Shown piece by piece: positions 25,214 to 41,600 of a stretch of 64,000 nucleotides of DNA. The DNA lies in assembly GCF_006345805.1 (NCBI RefSeq), contig NC_042998.1:11098001-11162000 (forward strand). Reading direction: 5' to 3'. Origin of the DNA: Octopus sinensis. Lineage: Eukaryota. The position numbers and the translations under genes were made by a program. The number at the start of each line of letters is the position of its first letter. Positions within the stretch are counted from its first letter, which is position 1. The notes under the pieces were generated by a model. It made no database searches. It had not been told where the DNA came from and saw nothing but the letters and a program-made list of their open reading frames with translations.

Positions 25214-25975
25214 CACTGAACTGCAAAAGAAACGCGAGACGTGTGTGAAATAGGTTTTAATTTCATTATGTCAGAGATAAATTTTGAGAAAATCTGATAA
25301 TGTCAATTTCCTGTATGCACTTTGACCAGAGTCTGTGGGTCGATTTCATGTGTTCTGGTAGTCGCTGGATCGTGCACATCGAGATTGTAAGGCGTGAGGT
25401 TCAATACCGTGTATGCCCTACCTGGGTGTTCCAAACCGCCCCACACCGTCGGTACATGGAGTGTATGAAGTGGTTCACAAAAGACATTGTCACCTGTGCC
25501 CACAACCTGAGTAAAGCTGCCTCCAGTTCCAACCGAGTTGTCGGCCTTGGGATCACCTGGTTCAGTCGTCACTGGATTTCATCCCACGGGTATTCTGATA
25601 TTGTGCTGACGCAGGAAGTCCATGGTGACCCTGGTTGTGTGAGAGGGAGCATTTTCTTGCTGGAATACGTGGCTATGGTGACACGCGAAGAAGGGCACAA
25701 TGTGAGGTCTTACGATCTGGTCAATAAAGCGCTGCACTGTGATGCCATTCACTCTGCCTGCACCAGGGAACACAGGGCCCAAATCTCTGATTCAGGCCTA
25801 TTGCACCCCAAACCATGATGTTTTGGCTACCCCACGCGTCTCTCTCCATGATACATGCGACTCTGTAGCGTTCACTCCTCCTAAGTCACATCCTCACTTT
25901 GTCTTCCGTGGTGGAAACGCAGTACCGGCTCTCGTCAAAGAAGACTATTTCCATTGTTGATGCCGCCAATGTTGG
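25214..25975 (-). mobile_element. Tc1-like DNA transposon, 3' part with decayed transposase
   Basis: VFQQENAPSHTTRVTMDFLRQHNIR (FQQDNAP motif), with frameshifts. Terminus TA|CACTGAACTGCAAAAG at 25212-25229. Confidence 0.85.
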
Positions 25976-26459
25976 TGCTGTGTAGCCCATTGTAGTCGTG
26001 CCTGATCTTATTTCGCACAAGGGGCAAAGATAGAAGGGACAACACAAAACGTGAGTGGGGAAACATAGAACGAATGTAAGAAAACTGAAATGAAAATGGA
26101 AACATGAATGAAGCTTTCAGCCCCTACCTCCGAGCGACTTTATTTATTCCGTTAATATGACCTTAATGCAATCCAACTCCATCTTTTTGTATAATGTCAA
26201 TATTGAAAACATCACGGAGATCACGATAGTTTATATACTTTGGTACCTGACTGGTGTCCATTGTCTTCTCCCAGAATTCAAAATCTTTACTGTAGTTAAC
26301 TATTTTTCACACTTGATCCTGGTTTGCCAGCACACAATTATAACGCCATGGTATCCCAGTATAAGTTGTAAAATCTGTTATTGCATCTTCCCTAGTGTCT
26401 GTTTCGTTGCAGAGTTCTTTATTTAAACCGTCGTATATCACTACGTATTTTGCTTTTTC

Positions 26460-27480
26460 ACAGGCCGGAGGAGGGGAAGTTCTGGGGCTCCTGTGTGTCT
26501 GCGTTTTTCTTTGTGTCAGTGGGGAGTCGGGAGGTTTGGCGTCTCTAGGGAGGAATGGGGCAAAGTGAGTGTGGATGGGTGTTCCGACTGTTTCCCAATC
26601 ATTCCCTTCGTTGTTTGATTCTTCTACCTTAGCACTTAAGTTTTCCTTTGTTGGCGCTGGAGGTGCGACTTCCTCCCTGCTCACGGGCCCTTCTAAGGGT
26701 TTTTTGGGCGGCGGGGGACAGGCCGCTCTAATGTGGCATTTTAGGCCACTCTAACCCTGATTATCACATTTTCTACAGAGATAGTTTCTACTATATTTTC
26801 AAGGTCTCCGGAGCCGCCAGGACAATCATATCCAGGCTCTGCCCTTGCCAGTTCTTATGAGCTGTTCCTGTGAATTGTAGGACCACTATCTTATCTTCAT
26901 TGCCCAGCAGTATGGCAGCTACTAGCCAGGTTTTGTCAATCTCTGGTGGTATGACTTCTGCTCTAACCCTGGAAGCACGTCTCCCAACGTATATGGGTAG
27001 AAGTACCACTTCTTCTGTATCTGTCTTTAAAGGGGTTGCCGAGTGCAACCTGGTAGTAGCTACCTCTCGGAAGTGCACCTCTACTGTTCCGAAACTCCTT
27101 AACAGAATGGTTTCAAGGCTTTTTCTACTTGCGTGGTCGTCATTATTTCGTTTATCTTTGTTTTCGTGGAGTACGTTCTCTATATTATAGTTTTCTCCCT
27201 GGTGTCTTTCAAAATTCCTTGGGGAGGGAACACCTTTACTTCGTACCCCGTCCTACAAAGTATGTTCTTATATTTATTCAGTTCTCTTAGTTCGACCTCG
27301 TTGTTATGGCTCTTGGCGACAGCCGCAAATTTCCTTTTCCTCACCTGCTCCTCCATTACATCGACAGACTTCAATAGTTCCTCCTCAGAAGAGGTAAGCT
27401 TCGAGCAGGTGAGGCTTTCGTACTCCATCGTTAATACTTGTACTACCCACTTCTTCGAACGGGGAAAACATAAACAGACT
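26460..27480 (-). pseudogene. Tx1/L1-like ORF1 remnant
   Basis: EEELLKSVDVMEEQVRK...TGYEVKVFPP and EEVVLLPIYVGRRASRVRAEVIPPEIDKTWLVAAIL resemble ORF1 of Tx1-type LINEs (from recall); broken frames. Confidence 0.5.
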
Positions 27481-29907
27481 GCCGCAATGTAGTAAAACAA
27501 GTGCAACAAAATGTTTAAAAATCTCGAAACAATTTTAGAAATAAACGATTCAAGAAAATCACACTCACGTACGCCAATGCTGCGCAGATTAGCGTGCCGG
27601 TGGGGGTAGGGGGCGTTCATGCAGAGAAATTACGAATTCTAGGAACGCGGTTCAAGTTGATTTTTACGTCCATAACTCCACGAGATGCACGTGCATTTCG
27701 GTTTTCATGAGAATTGTTTGCGACTGCCACCCACGGCACTTAACGCAGCTGGCGTTTTTTGTGTCTCGTTTCAGGGAAAGTTGAAAGGTTACCTGCAATT
27801 TGGGTCTCAACAATAAACGAGCATCTCCTGAAATATTTACTCTTACATCCACGAAATAAATTTCCAAAATTTACCATATAAAAATGACATTTAAAACAAT
27901 CGCATTTCTTTTGCGGAGCAGTATATATTACAGAGAAATTTTAACGAATCATTAGAGATGTGTTAAATAATTATTTGCATTCTTATTACTTGCATTATAG
28001 TTTACTCTTTGCTAGACTCACACAACGGTGTGTTACTGACGTGAAACTAGGACATTTAGACTTGAAGAATTTCGGCTTTGGTCAGGCACCGGAGAGTGTT
28101 CGTAGCCCAAAACTCGATTTCAGTGCTTCTCAGGAAATACTTTAACGTTATACCTCACCAGTTATAGTTATGAAATTGAATAAATAAGGTCTGCAGCATT
28201 AACTGTAATAAAATTCTCAGCTGTATTGACGTAATTATATCAGTAGTATAATTCAGAGATTAGCTCTCGACGAATCAAATTTACGATTCAGCATCACTAC
28301 TGAGGTATCTCAGTACGCATAAGTCTTGTCGGTATGTTTTCTGATCATAGTCAGACTCAGTCAAGTCAAATGAGATAAGCTCTTCCAGTTTGTCTTCCAA
28401 GTCTTCAGTTTTTACATTAGAAAATCAAGGGAATGGAATGCAATTGATATTCCCCCGCTACAAAATGTACTATGCTCCTCCTTCAAAGAATTTAATAATT
28501 ATTCGTTACTAAGATGAAATAATAAGAGCTGAGATTTGTGGTGAAGATGTGGTTTCTACACTGTTTTCAACTTGTGTTATAATTCAGAAAGGAAGTGTTC
28601 AAATGGGGGCTCCAACCTGATCTATACTTCGATTCACCGACAGATTTTTGTTAATGCTTCTTAGTCATGAAACCCAAAGTAATGAGTGTGGTGCAGCATG
28701 TCCTTAATCTGAGAGAATTAACGACCTAAGGGGAATGTAAATTTATTCAGCATTTAAAATAATAATATTATTATCAATTATGATTTTTTCCCATTACTCT
28801 TGTTCGGTCTAGCGTACCTAATCGCAATATAAACTGAAAACAGGCGGGTGAAATTTTGTGGATTATTTGTTAAAAAGCAATTTTGTGTACAAACACTTTT
28901 TATTACTTATTATTTTGTCTTTAAAATGTGATAATATCTCCCTAAAATAGCTTTTCGAATAGTAGAAAGCGACGGAAGCTCTCTTGGAAATATACCAAAT
29001 TTGATAATTTTAAAACTGTAACACGGTTAAATATTCTGAAAGTGTGCTAAGGTTATAATTTTGAAAAGTTGCCAAATGTTTTAAATAGTAGTAACCTTGG
29101 GTATGCGCAACAGAATGATATCAACATTTAAATTTAGGCATCCATCATCCATTTAAATTGTCATAATAAATAGACAAGACAGTGGGGGATGGGGAAGAAA
29201 AGTAAATTTATATTATATAACATCAGTTCGAGAACTGAAGCAGGTCGAGGACATGAGACAAGCATTTGATGGGTTCACAGATTGTATACCGACATCTTGC
29301 TGCGAATATGATTAAGACTACTGACTCTGAAATATTGCAGTTATTTCACTATAAATAGAAATATGGGTCAATGGGATAATTACATCACTGAATAATTTTA
29401 AGTGTCGACTTAAGAAAGACGGTATACTCTATGCTGGTTAGTATTTCATAAAATGACTAATGACAAAGACACCAGTTGGTCACTCGGAGACCTATCGAAA
29501 TTCCTGACTTACGTAATATTAATTTGGTATATCATTCTACAGTGTGCTGGTTTTCTTCCAAGCATAACTGTAACCAATAGAGTTGTTAGCGTTTCAAACC
29601 GATGACCAAATGTCGTATCCTAACCACCATGAAATGTTAGTACAGTACATTTTGTATTATGTAAAGATACTTCTCAACATAGTCTCCCTCACAAACGATA
29701 CATTTACACAATCTTGAAATCTAACACACGAATCCTGAGATACGCACGGCTGTATCCACTTCAGCACAGCTACAAAAGTGTAAGTCGAACTCAGCAGAAT
29801 TTGAACACGCAAAACAAAACCCCAGAAAAATATGTCGCTAAATATTTTGTCCGACGAGCAAACGATTCTGTCAGATCACAAGTAACAGCTGCACCAGTTC
29901 GTCATCG

Positions 29908-31930
<2,023 letters not shown>

Positions 31931-31934
31931 GAAC

Positions 31935-32025
31935 AGACATCTCTAGAAAATTTAAAAGTCTCAGTCTGCGCAAGTACTCCACCTTAAAGTTTTCTGTTAT
32001 TTCTTTCTCCATCAATTAAACCATT
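31935..32025 (-). mobile_element. Short inverted R4/Dong fragment followed by (TTA)n on the plus strand
   Basis: Reverse complement encodes LMEKEITENFKVEYLRRLRL, similar but not identical to 30965-31025. Confidence 0.75.
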
Positions 32026-32048
32026 TATTATTATTATTATTATTATTA

Positions 32049-32097
<49 letters not shown>

Positions 32098-32637
32098 GTT
32101 ATTATTTTTAATATATATACACACAAACGTTCTATACACAGATATATATATATATATGTATTTATGAATGTATTATGACTGTATTTGTGTGTGTTTGTAT
32201 GTATGTATGCACGTATGCATGCATATATATATCCATGTACGCAGATGTGAGTCAGACACAATCCATCTTGCGCTCAAAGACTCAAGTACATGCTGATAAG
32301 CAACGATGGAAATTCACACCATGAACTGGATTAGTATGGAAGAAATATTTGTCTCAGAGAGAATCTGCTGATCTCAGAATTAGCACACACTATTTTCCGG
32401 CACAATCAACATTTTTCCAGCGGTGTCGAATTTATCCCTAAATGTAGGAAGGTACCTCTGAATTATCTTTAATAATCTTATTCTTTGAGACATTTTGTGC
32501 AGAAGACCCCGAATAAGATATGAGATTGTAGTCTCATTACGTTCATTTTAGTTTTATTTTCACATACTGTATATATAAGTGTGTATGCGCATGTATAATA
32601 TATATATATATATATATATACTGTATATGCATGTATG

Positions 32638-32669
<32 letters not shown>

Positions 32670-32879
32670 ATACATAAATAGTATGTGATATTTGAACTAT
32701 ATATATATATATATATACAGAGAGAGAGAGAGTGAGAGAGAGAGAGAGAGAGAGTGAGAGAGAGAGAGAGTGAGAGAGAGAGAGAGAGAGAGAGAAGGAT
32801 TATCCAGGATTATCTAGGTTAGAAACCGGCTCTTTCTCTATTGGCAAAAAATCTTGAAATAAAACTGAATACTGACATA

Positions 32880-33007
<128 letters not shown>

Positions 33008-35722
33008 CATGCATATATACATATTCACACACACATTTTTAAAATCTATTTACAGGAAGCAAACAACATATCAACAACCTGTATGAGGATCATATTACGT
33101 TTGCCAAGACTGGGCGTGTTAATCTTTTCTCAAAGTATGTATGAATACTCATTTGACTTTTTAACTTATAACTTCTAGTTCTTTAATGAGTGTGCATCGC
33201 TTTCTTGAAGGATTCATGCCAACTTTGCTACACCCTGAAGTTGTGCCATCGTAGATTTGTTGTTTCAGAAAAGTAGTTACTGAAGACTTTTACTAGCCCT
33301 TTACGTGAAGAACTTGCTTCGTGTGAATTTGAAAGAGTTAATTATGCAACTGTTTTTAGCAGAAACTCCTGAAGGAAAAAAAAGAATCAGACTAGCATCG
33401 TTCCTTTTCTTTTTAGTTTACTTCCATGTGCTGAGACATAATACAATCTTAAATTATTATTCCTTTTAAACTTTGCAGGTTTGTCATTACTCCTGTAGAT
33501 ATTATTGATATAGAGAGCACATTCAAATGTCAATGTGTTAAGCAGCTGCCGGCATTTCTAGGAAATATCATGTTGCAAAGTACAATTATCACAAAATGTT
33601 CTAGGATCATGGTGATTTGAGGCGGTGTCGAAATTTATGATCATCCCCGATCGAGAGATAGTGATTATGATATTTTGCAATGGGAACTGTATGAAGTCAA
33701 TTTACAATGAGAATCTGCAAGAAATTAAGATCTAATCATTTCTGCGAAAATCATACAATACCTAATTCTTTAGAAAATTCTTCTAGTTATGATCCAAGTA
33801 CTTTGAACTTTAGGTAAGTTATTGCAAATAAGTTGAATGCAGGGTTTATTAAAATCCTAGTCAGGAATATATACATGCAAAATTCCATTTTAAAGAAAAT
33901 GTCGGGATATCAAAAATTTCGCTGTGACAAAAGACTTCAGTATTAATTTTGCAATGAATTAAAATTTATCAATTAATGAGACTTTCCGACTTTGACCGTT
34001 CTATATATATTTTTTTTGAATTACAGTTCTTTTCCTTCAATTTTTCCAAACATGATTATTCCTAAGAATGAAAGCGTTACAAATACCCATACGCTTTTGA
34101 ATTACTGTTTCTCAAATGAAAATTTCTGCGCAAATGGACACAATGCGAAACAAAATCACAAGCAGAATAATACGAATCAAATTTTAAAATGATAAAATTC
34201 ACGACATACCAAGAACTAAATATGGTCTATTCGGCCATATGCATTCCATGGCTATACCATTCTGGTATAATCGAAACAAATTGGTGTGGTTTTGTCTAAT
34301 TTCCTTCAATAAACTGAAGAAATATCATGAGACCGCTTTCCTTTTTGAGTCTGCATAGCTCATTGATATCTATTTGCTATTTTCCTTAGATAAATTAAAA
34401 TAATTATCGATAACATTTTACTGTAAACGATGATAATGAATAAACATTTCATATTCCTTTGGCAAGACATACTCGTTTGGACATGAAATAATTTGGCTTT
34501 TATAATGTTCTTTCTTTCTAATAAAATAGAGGATAAGAATAATGGAAAAGCGTGAGTTGCAGGAATTGTAGATATATTGATACAACGAAATATTTTCAGA
34601 ATGTTGTCAATATATTCACTACTTTGACATCTAGAAACTGACTACTAATATATTTGGCCACTAGGAAATAAAATACAGCGGTAGTGAACTTTAACGAAAT
34701 CTATAAAACCTCTACAACTCAGTACCATCGTATAGTCGTTCATTGATCATACAGAATAAGATTAATGGTAAGAATGGGCGAAGAAGAAAATTTATTTAAA
34801 TGAATAGCAATATAATTCTTTTAATTGTTTTACACTAGTCTTGTCCAGAAGAATTATGTTTGTCCATCATTTTTTTAAAAACTGTTAAACCATTTTCTCC
34901 AGTAAAGAAATACAACTTTTTAAATCTTTATTACGATTTTCCTTTAGACTCCAAAATATATTTATAAAAAAAAGAGAACGGCTCTTGCCTTATTCGTCCC
35001 TTAAATTTGACAAATGTGTCGAGCATAGACGCTTCCGCTTCGGTTTATTTGCCTTAATTCGTTTCGGCGTCTAAGTAAATATATTTTGCAACCCCACGTC
35101 TTTCTTTTACTCGACATAGACTATATAGGTGAACGGTAAAGGTTTACTTGTAGGTCGGCAGTTACTGATAAGGGGCTAAACGTTTAATGCGTTGAACTTT
35201 AGGAGGAACATGCACGATTTATTTCGTCCAGTATAAGATAAAAAGAAAACTGGTTATAGAATATTTCCCTTTTATTATGTGATATATTAAGTGTAATGTT
35301 TGCCAGTTTTTTACTCTGCAGAAACTAATTCAATTTTCAGTTTTCTAAACGATTGTGAGACACTTGCAGGTTTTTCTCGTAAAATGATTTCAGTAAATAT
35401 GATTTAATATTCCGTATCATATGAAGGGAAGTTGATGATTTTTTTTCTTCATTTAGTTTAATTAATGCAAGTCACTCTGGTGAATTCCATATATCTTCAA
35501 CTGCATGGGAAAATTTTAACTTCGACACTCCAGTACACTTATCAGTTGATAATTCTACCCATGATATATGGTTTTAGTCATCAACACTGAAGCATTTGCA
35601 AATCTGGCGTTACTATATACTTGAGGATTATCATATAGTTTAGTTACGGATTGGTACCACTTTCAAATACGCCAGAACTGAGATTTTTCAGTTGTGTTGT
35701 GAAAGTGCAAGTTGTAAATTTG

Positions 35723-35755
<33 letters not shown>

Positions 35756-37696
35756 CACACGCACACACACACACACACACACACATACACAATCACATAC
35801 ACACGCACGCACACAAACAAAAAGTACCTAAACTCTCGAAAGTTGTGCAGTGGAAAATGAAACATTTGATAAAGTCCCACCTTCCGAGTTAACAGATCTT
35901 CATTTCGAAACTTGTCAGTTGCTGCTTTATCATACTCCAACTGAGAACTTTCATATTGTTATTAATCCTCAATTGACTCTGATCAAGCAGATCTCAGATC
36001 AATTTATCGAAAGTATTCTAACTCATGCAATCACATAGACTTCGAGATATTTAGAATCCATGATTTCATGTCCCTTTCTCCTTCGTGAGAAGGATAGGGT
36101 ATTATTTGAGCAAGTTTTGACTTGATACTTTCATGATACTTAGTTTGGTGTGATTTTAAGGTAAATATTAGCGTTTAAGCGGAATACATAGCAATGGACT
36201 TTATCTATTGTCCTTCTGTACTGAATTTGTCCTTTCTGTCACAAACACACTTTTTCAGCAAGCAAATAAATTATAAAATGATTTTGATGCATCTTCATTT
36301 AAAGTAATATATAATCACCAGTAAACTTGATGGAAAAGATGTCCTTGTTACTTGTTCATTCCATACCAGCTGTTGGCAGCCGAGCCACTCCTCGTTGCGC
36401 GACTAAGTTGTTTTGTAATGTTAGGTAAATTTCATGATATTATCAATGCTCCAAGACATATGAAGGTCAAGTCATTCAATGTTTAGAATAACAAAACTTA
36501 ACTCTCAATTAAATTAGAAGCTACACTCTCTAAAAAATAAATATCACAGAAAATGTTGAGCTATTTTAGGAATGCAAGAGGAAAGCAATATATCCTGTTC
36601 CTTTGTGATATGTGAATTGCCTCAGCGAACGCATCGGGATTATTTCCACGAGAGTAAACTTGAAATTAAATTAATTTGGGATAGACGACATAATGTGCAC
36701 AAGAGAAAATGCAAAATGAAAAGGCGCATGCTAAAATGGTAAGCTGGTAGGAAAATCTTAGACATGATAGAGGTAAGGTGGGTCCAGATAGCAACTAAGA
36801 TTCGAAATATAGTAGACAGTGATGATTCTGTGATGGTCTGAAAATGAGTTATGGGTTATTGACCTGTGGATATCTTTTGTCTTGATTGTTGATGGGATAA
36901 AACTGTTGATTAAAGGAAATAAGCTCGTAGAAAAATGAACGATGAACTTTCAGACTGTTTTTTGTACACCCTCATTAAATGGCAGGAATCATTTCTTTAC
37001 TTTCATAAACGTACATCTGACTAATAAGCCTAAGCTTAATACGGTTCGGACTGCGATCGAACAAATGCCAGATGGAAAGTTTCTTGATCAAGGCGACTTA
37101 ATCCCTGAGATGCACAAAATAAATTCTTATTAGAAATTATATTATAACATTTCTTGCTAATAATAAACAACGGGTATGTTTAGCAAGACTAAAGAAATGC
37201 TTTGCTGTAACACTTTTACTAAATGAAACAAAAAATTTAAACTGAATTTTGCTGATTTTATTTATTTTTCCGTTGCTAGTAAAATACTAGTTCGTTTTGC
37301 CCTTAATAGACTGATCATTAATACTGTAGACAGGATTTGATATTTAGACTGGTCTCTTGGGGATGCTCACTCATCCTTAGACACCTCCTGGCCTTATGCC
37401 AAACTCTGGTCTAAAGTTGAAACACCAGGGTAGTCAGTTTATATCTTGCATGAGATATTGTCAGAAAGACCTTTACATTCAATGTCCTTTACAAGGATTT
37501 TGATTTCTTTGCCTGTGAGATCCAAAAGATCAATGAGTGGAACAGTAAGAATATGCAAGACTTTTCTGAAATTTTAAATGGGAATTTGTCTGTGTTAACT
37601 ACATCCCAGAGATGGAGCCTTGTACCTTTGTCGTCGGAAACCGGCTCCCTCGCCAGTGGAATATTTATAATAATAGAAGAGACCTACATATACGAA

Positions 37697-37737
37697 CTTG
37701 CCTGAGAATCGTAGAATCAGGAAACTCGAGTCGCGAG
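37697..37737 (+). ncRNA. Degenerate minimal hammerhead-like motif with palindromic stem III
   Basis: cttgc-CTGAGAA-...-GAAA-CTCGAG-TC-gcgag. Stem I pairs and stem III is self-complementary, but the core deviates and stem II is poor. Confidence 0.35.
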
Positions 37738-37866
37738 ATAAAATTTAGATTTCAATAAACCGTATACGCCATTCGATACAACTGAACGATCACACACATA
37801 CACACAAACACATTATATATACATTTACATATCTAATATAAATAATTATATATATGTATATATATA

Positions 37867-38050
37867 AAGGGAAAGTTTACGAAAATAAACAAACGACGAA
37901 GGCAGTTGGAGTACAAACAAACAAATGTATTAGTATGGTGCTCAGGAATAGAAATAGAAAAAGTCTTTTACGTCTCGAGCCTACGCTCTTCGACAGAAAG
38001 ATACACAGAAAAAAACAAGGAGAGAAACAAGGAGAGAAAAAAATGCGTGT
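37867..38050 (-). mobile_element. Family B PLE-terminal-like unit, degraded hammerhead-like fold
   Basis: Minus strand CTGTCGA-A-GAGC(gtag)GCTC-GAGA-CGT. Homolog of 40514-40700; 3' end at a TA-rich tract. Confidence 0.6.
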
Positions 38051-38159
38051 ATGAGCTAACGATCTATCAAAAAATATTTTAATATGGAAACACATATCGT
38101 AAATACATATATATAGAAAGAAAAGGTGAAAAAACACAGATTTGTTTTACAGAATATTA

Positions 38160-38620
38160 AAGCCATTACAGAGGCAGGATTCTTATTCTCAAACACAAGG
38201 CTCACGTAAAAAGAGTGGTATGCAATCATTCGACAATTTCTGAATGGGTTGGCTTCAATTGAGCGTTTGAGGACAGCGAGAACATTTGAATTGCGCTTCA
38301 AATCACTTCCAGTCTTGTGTTCCTTTCTATCAATCTTTCCCATTTCTTTAAATTGTTTACACAAACGATAAACTGTTGCTTTTGGAAGTTTCATCAAGTT
38401 AGCAATTTTATTGACAGTGTGCCCCGGTACACACCAAAACAACAATGGCGAAACGATTTTGTTGTTCCATGACTTTCTGTTGTCGAATCAGGTTGCTTTT
38501 TTTCCAGAAAAGTAAAGTGGATTAGATTTTCAAGTAAGTATGGTTTTGTCAAAAAATGAACGTTAAACCCCACTAAGGCAATTGCTTAAAATTGGTCTCA
38601 ATTTATCTGCAAGACTCTGT
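38160..38620 (-). mobile_element. Tc1/mariner-superfamily transposon 5' fragment with internal deletion
   Basis: HTH-like GHTVNKIANLMKLPKATVYRLCKQFKEMGKIDRK, then KNPASVM. Terminus TA|CAGAGTCTTGCAGATAAATTG. Confidence 0.7.
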
Positions 38621-40053
38621 ACACACACACACACACATATATATATATATGTATATGTATGTATGTTTGCATAAATATATTTGTGTGTTCGTCCCCCACC
38701 ATCACTTCACAACCGATGTTGGTTTGTTTACGTCCCCGCAACTTAGAGGTTCGGCAAAAGAAGGCGATAAGATAAGTTCAGGAGTCGATTTGTTCGACTA
38801 AAATGCGGTGATCTAGCATGGCCACAGTCAAAATGAGTTTGATCGAAAGAGTTTGACGAAAGAATGCACCAAGGCACCCATGTACACACACGCACGCACA
38901 CCTATAAGCGGACACGCATGCACCGCCATATGGCGCACACCCCACAAAATAAACTGTTTCTTCCTCTACACATACCCCTTCACACAACATACACCACCAC
39001 ATATACACAGGCCTCCCACACACATTACATACCGCACGCTAACGCAACCCCCTCCCCCACGACTTTACCCTTTACAGCAAAAGTTATACATATGACACCC
39101 CTACACATACCACAGGAGCACCACATTAATAATACACACTTTCCCCACTTCAAGATAACTCTTGCGGGCTTCACAGCTTACCCAGCCATGGGACACAACT
39201 CCTAAACTAATCTCCTGGCCCCTTTTTTCTTTCCAGCACCTTTTCATAGCAGTCGCTGACTGGCTGTGCTAATCCACCTCCGACAATAGAGAGCAGTCAC
39301 CATATTCCCTGCCATAACGGCTAACTCTAATGAGCGTTAAGTTACATAATCGGTTTGTTAACATTCCATTGTATTTTTTACGCGAAACCGATTGACAAGA
39401 CCAGTCGTGATGGATATTTAATACCATACATTTCGGACAACGTATATATATATATATAGTTTACCGAAATTTATAAGTGACTTCATTATACAACGTATTT
39501 ATACTGAGTCCTTTATTTAGTTACGTTTCGTAAATTACATCTACATGAAAATATTCATGCTTTCATTGTAGTAGTAACTTGAAACGTACCTAAGCGTCAA
39601 CCTTTGTCGGTAAAATTATATGTATTAATTTATGTGTGCACGTATTCATGCATATATGTGTATGTGACCGTGGCTTTATATACTTGTGTATATATTAATT
39701 CATATATCTAAGTATGTATGTACATGTACGCGCGTATCCATTCAAAATTATTATTGTCTGTTTCTTCTACTTTCTTCTATCTGCTTCACGAGATAAAACA
39801 TATTCTTGTAGTGGTTATTATTTTGGGATAACACAGATATTTCATAAATGTTTCACGAAATAAAGATTAATCTGACGACGGAGATGGCGCTCTGGATCGT
39901 ACAGAGAGTATATCATATTTCAGTTCTGTTAAATATTTATATCTTCCCCTGAAATACCTACTTACACATCGGTCTCATTATTGACCGACTCGCTAACCGT
40001 TATATCTACATAACACGACAAATATAAATAGAAACCATTGGGAAAAGTAGCGT

Positions 40054-40290
40054 TATGTATGTATGTATGTATGTATGTATGTATGTATGTATGTATGTAT
40101 GCATGTATGTATGTATGTATGTATGTATGCATGTATGTATGTATGTATGCATGCACGTATGTATGAATGTATGTATGTATGTATGTATGTATGTATGTAT
40201 GTATGTATGCATGTATGTATGTATGTATGTAGTATGTATGCATGTATGTATGTATGCATGCATGCACGTATGTATGAATGTATGTATGTA
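40054..40290. repeat. (ATGT)n tetranucleotide array
   Basis: Directly visible; source of the MYVC/HTYI ORFs. Confidence 0.95.
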
Positions 40291-40424
40291 TGGACGTATG
40301 TTTCATGAATTTTGGTAATGGAGGGATGTATATGTTTGCATATATGCATGTTTATAAGTAAGTATGCATTTATGCATGATTTTTATGTTTGTGTGTGTAC
40401 ATATATATATATACATACATGCAT

Positions 40425-40513
<89 letters not shown>

Positions 40514-40514
<1 letters not shown>

Positions 40515-40700
40515 GGGAGAGTTTACGAAAAAAACAAAAGATGAAGACGGGTGGTGTACAAAACAAACAGATGTATTAGTATAACGCTCAGGAATAGAAA
40601 AAAGTATTTTACGTTTCGAGCCTACGCTCTTCTACAGAAAGGGACAAAGAAAAAACAAGGAGAGAAACAAGGAGAGAAAAAAATGTGTGTAGTGGTTAAC
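40514..40700 (-). mobile_element. Family B PLE-terminal-like unit with variant hammerhead fold
   Basis: Minus strand CTGTAGA-A-GAGC(gtag)GCTC-GAAA-CGT...TGAGCG-TT; 3' end at (TA)n. Confidence 0.6.
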
Positions 40701-41213
40701 GATATATCATGGCGACATATATATATATATAACACATATTTTATCTTTTATCTTTTAATTGTTTCACTCTCAGTACTCCGGCCATGCTGGGGCAAATTCT
40801 TGGAGTGTTTTAGTTGAAAAATCGATCACTATACTTAAGTGTTGCTATTGGTTCTGCTGGCACTCCGCTAAGTTGCGAGTGTGTAAACACACCCTTACAT
40901 AACGCCACTTTTCCCAATGGTTTCTATTTATATTTGTCGTGTCATGTTGCAGATATAACGGTTAGCGAGTCGGTCAATTTCTGTTAGAAATATGTATAGT
41001 CTGAATTTTGTTTCATTAGGTGAAGGCAAAGATTTATTGTCTTCGGCTGACGTCTACCAAATTCATTTATCTGCTCGGAGTAATATCTACAAAATCCCGT
41101 TACAAGGCTTTGACCAGCCTGTTGTTATAATCGAAGACACTTGTCCAAATCGCTGCACAGTGGGATTGAAAGCAAGAATATTCTAGCACACAGATCCGCC
41201 TATGCCTATATAT

Positions 41214-41600
41214 CTCTCTTTACTCTTTTACTCTTTTACTTGTTTCAGTCATTTGACTGCAGCCATACTGGAGCACCGCCTTTAATCGAGCAACTCGACC
41301 CCAGTACTTATTCTATCGGTCTCTTTTTGCCGAACCGCTAAGTAACGGGGACATAAACACACCAGCATCGGTTGTCAAGCAATGCTAGGGGTACAAACAC
41401 AGACACACAAACACACTCACATATATATACATATATACGACGGGCTTCTTTTAGTTTCCGTCTACCAAATCCACTCACAAGGCTTTGGTCGGCCCGAGGC
41501 TATAGTAGAAGACACTTGCCCAAGGTGCCACGCAGTGGGACTGAACCCGGAACCATGTGTTTGGTAAACAAGCTACTTACCACAGAGCCACTCCTGCGCC
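41214..41600 (-). mobile_element. Major-family tRNA-derived SINE
   Basis: Full-length homolog of 3473-3883. Confidence 0.92.
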
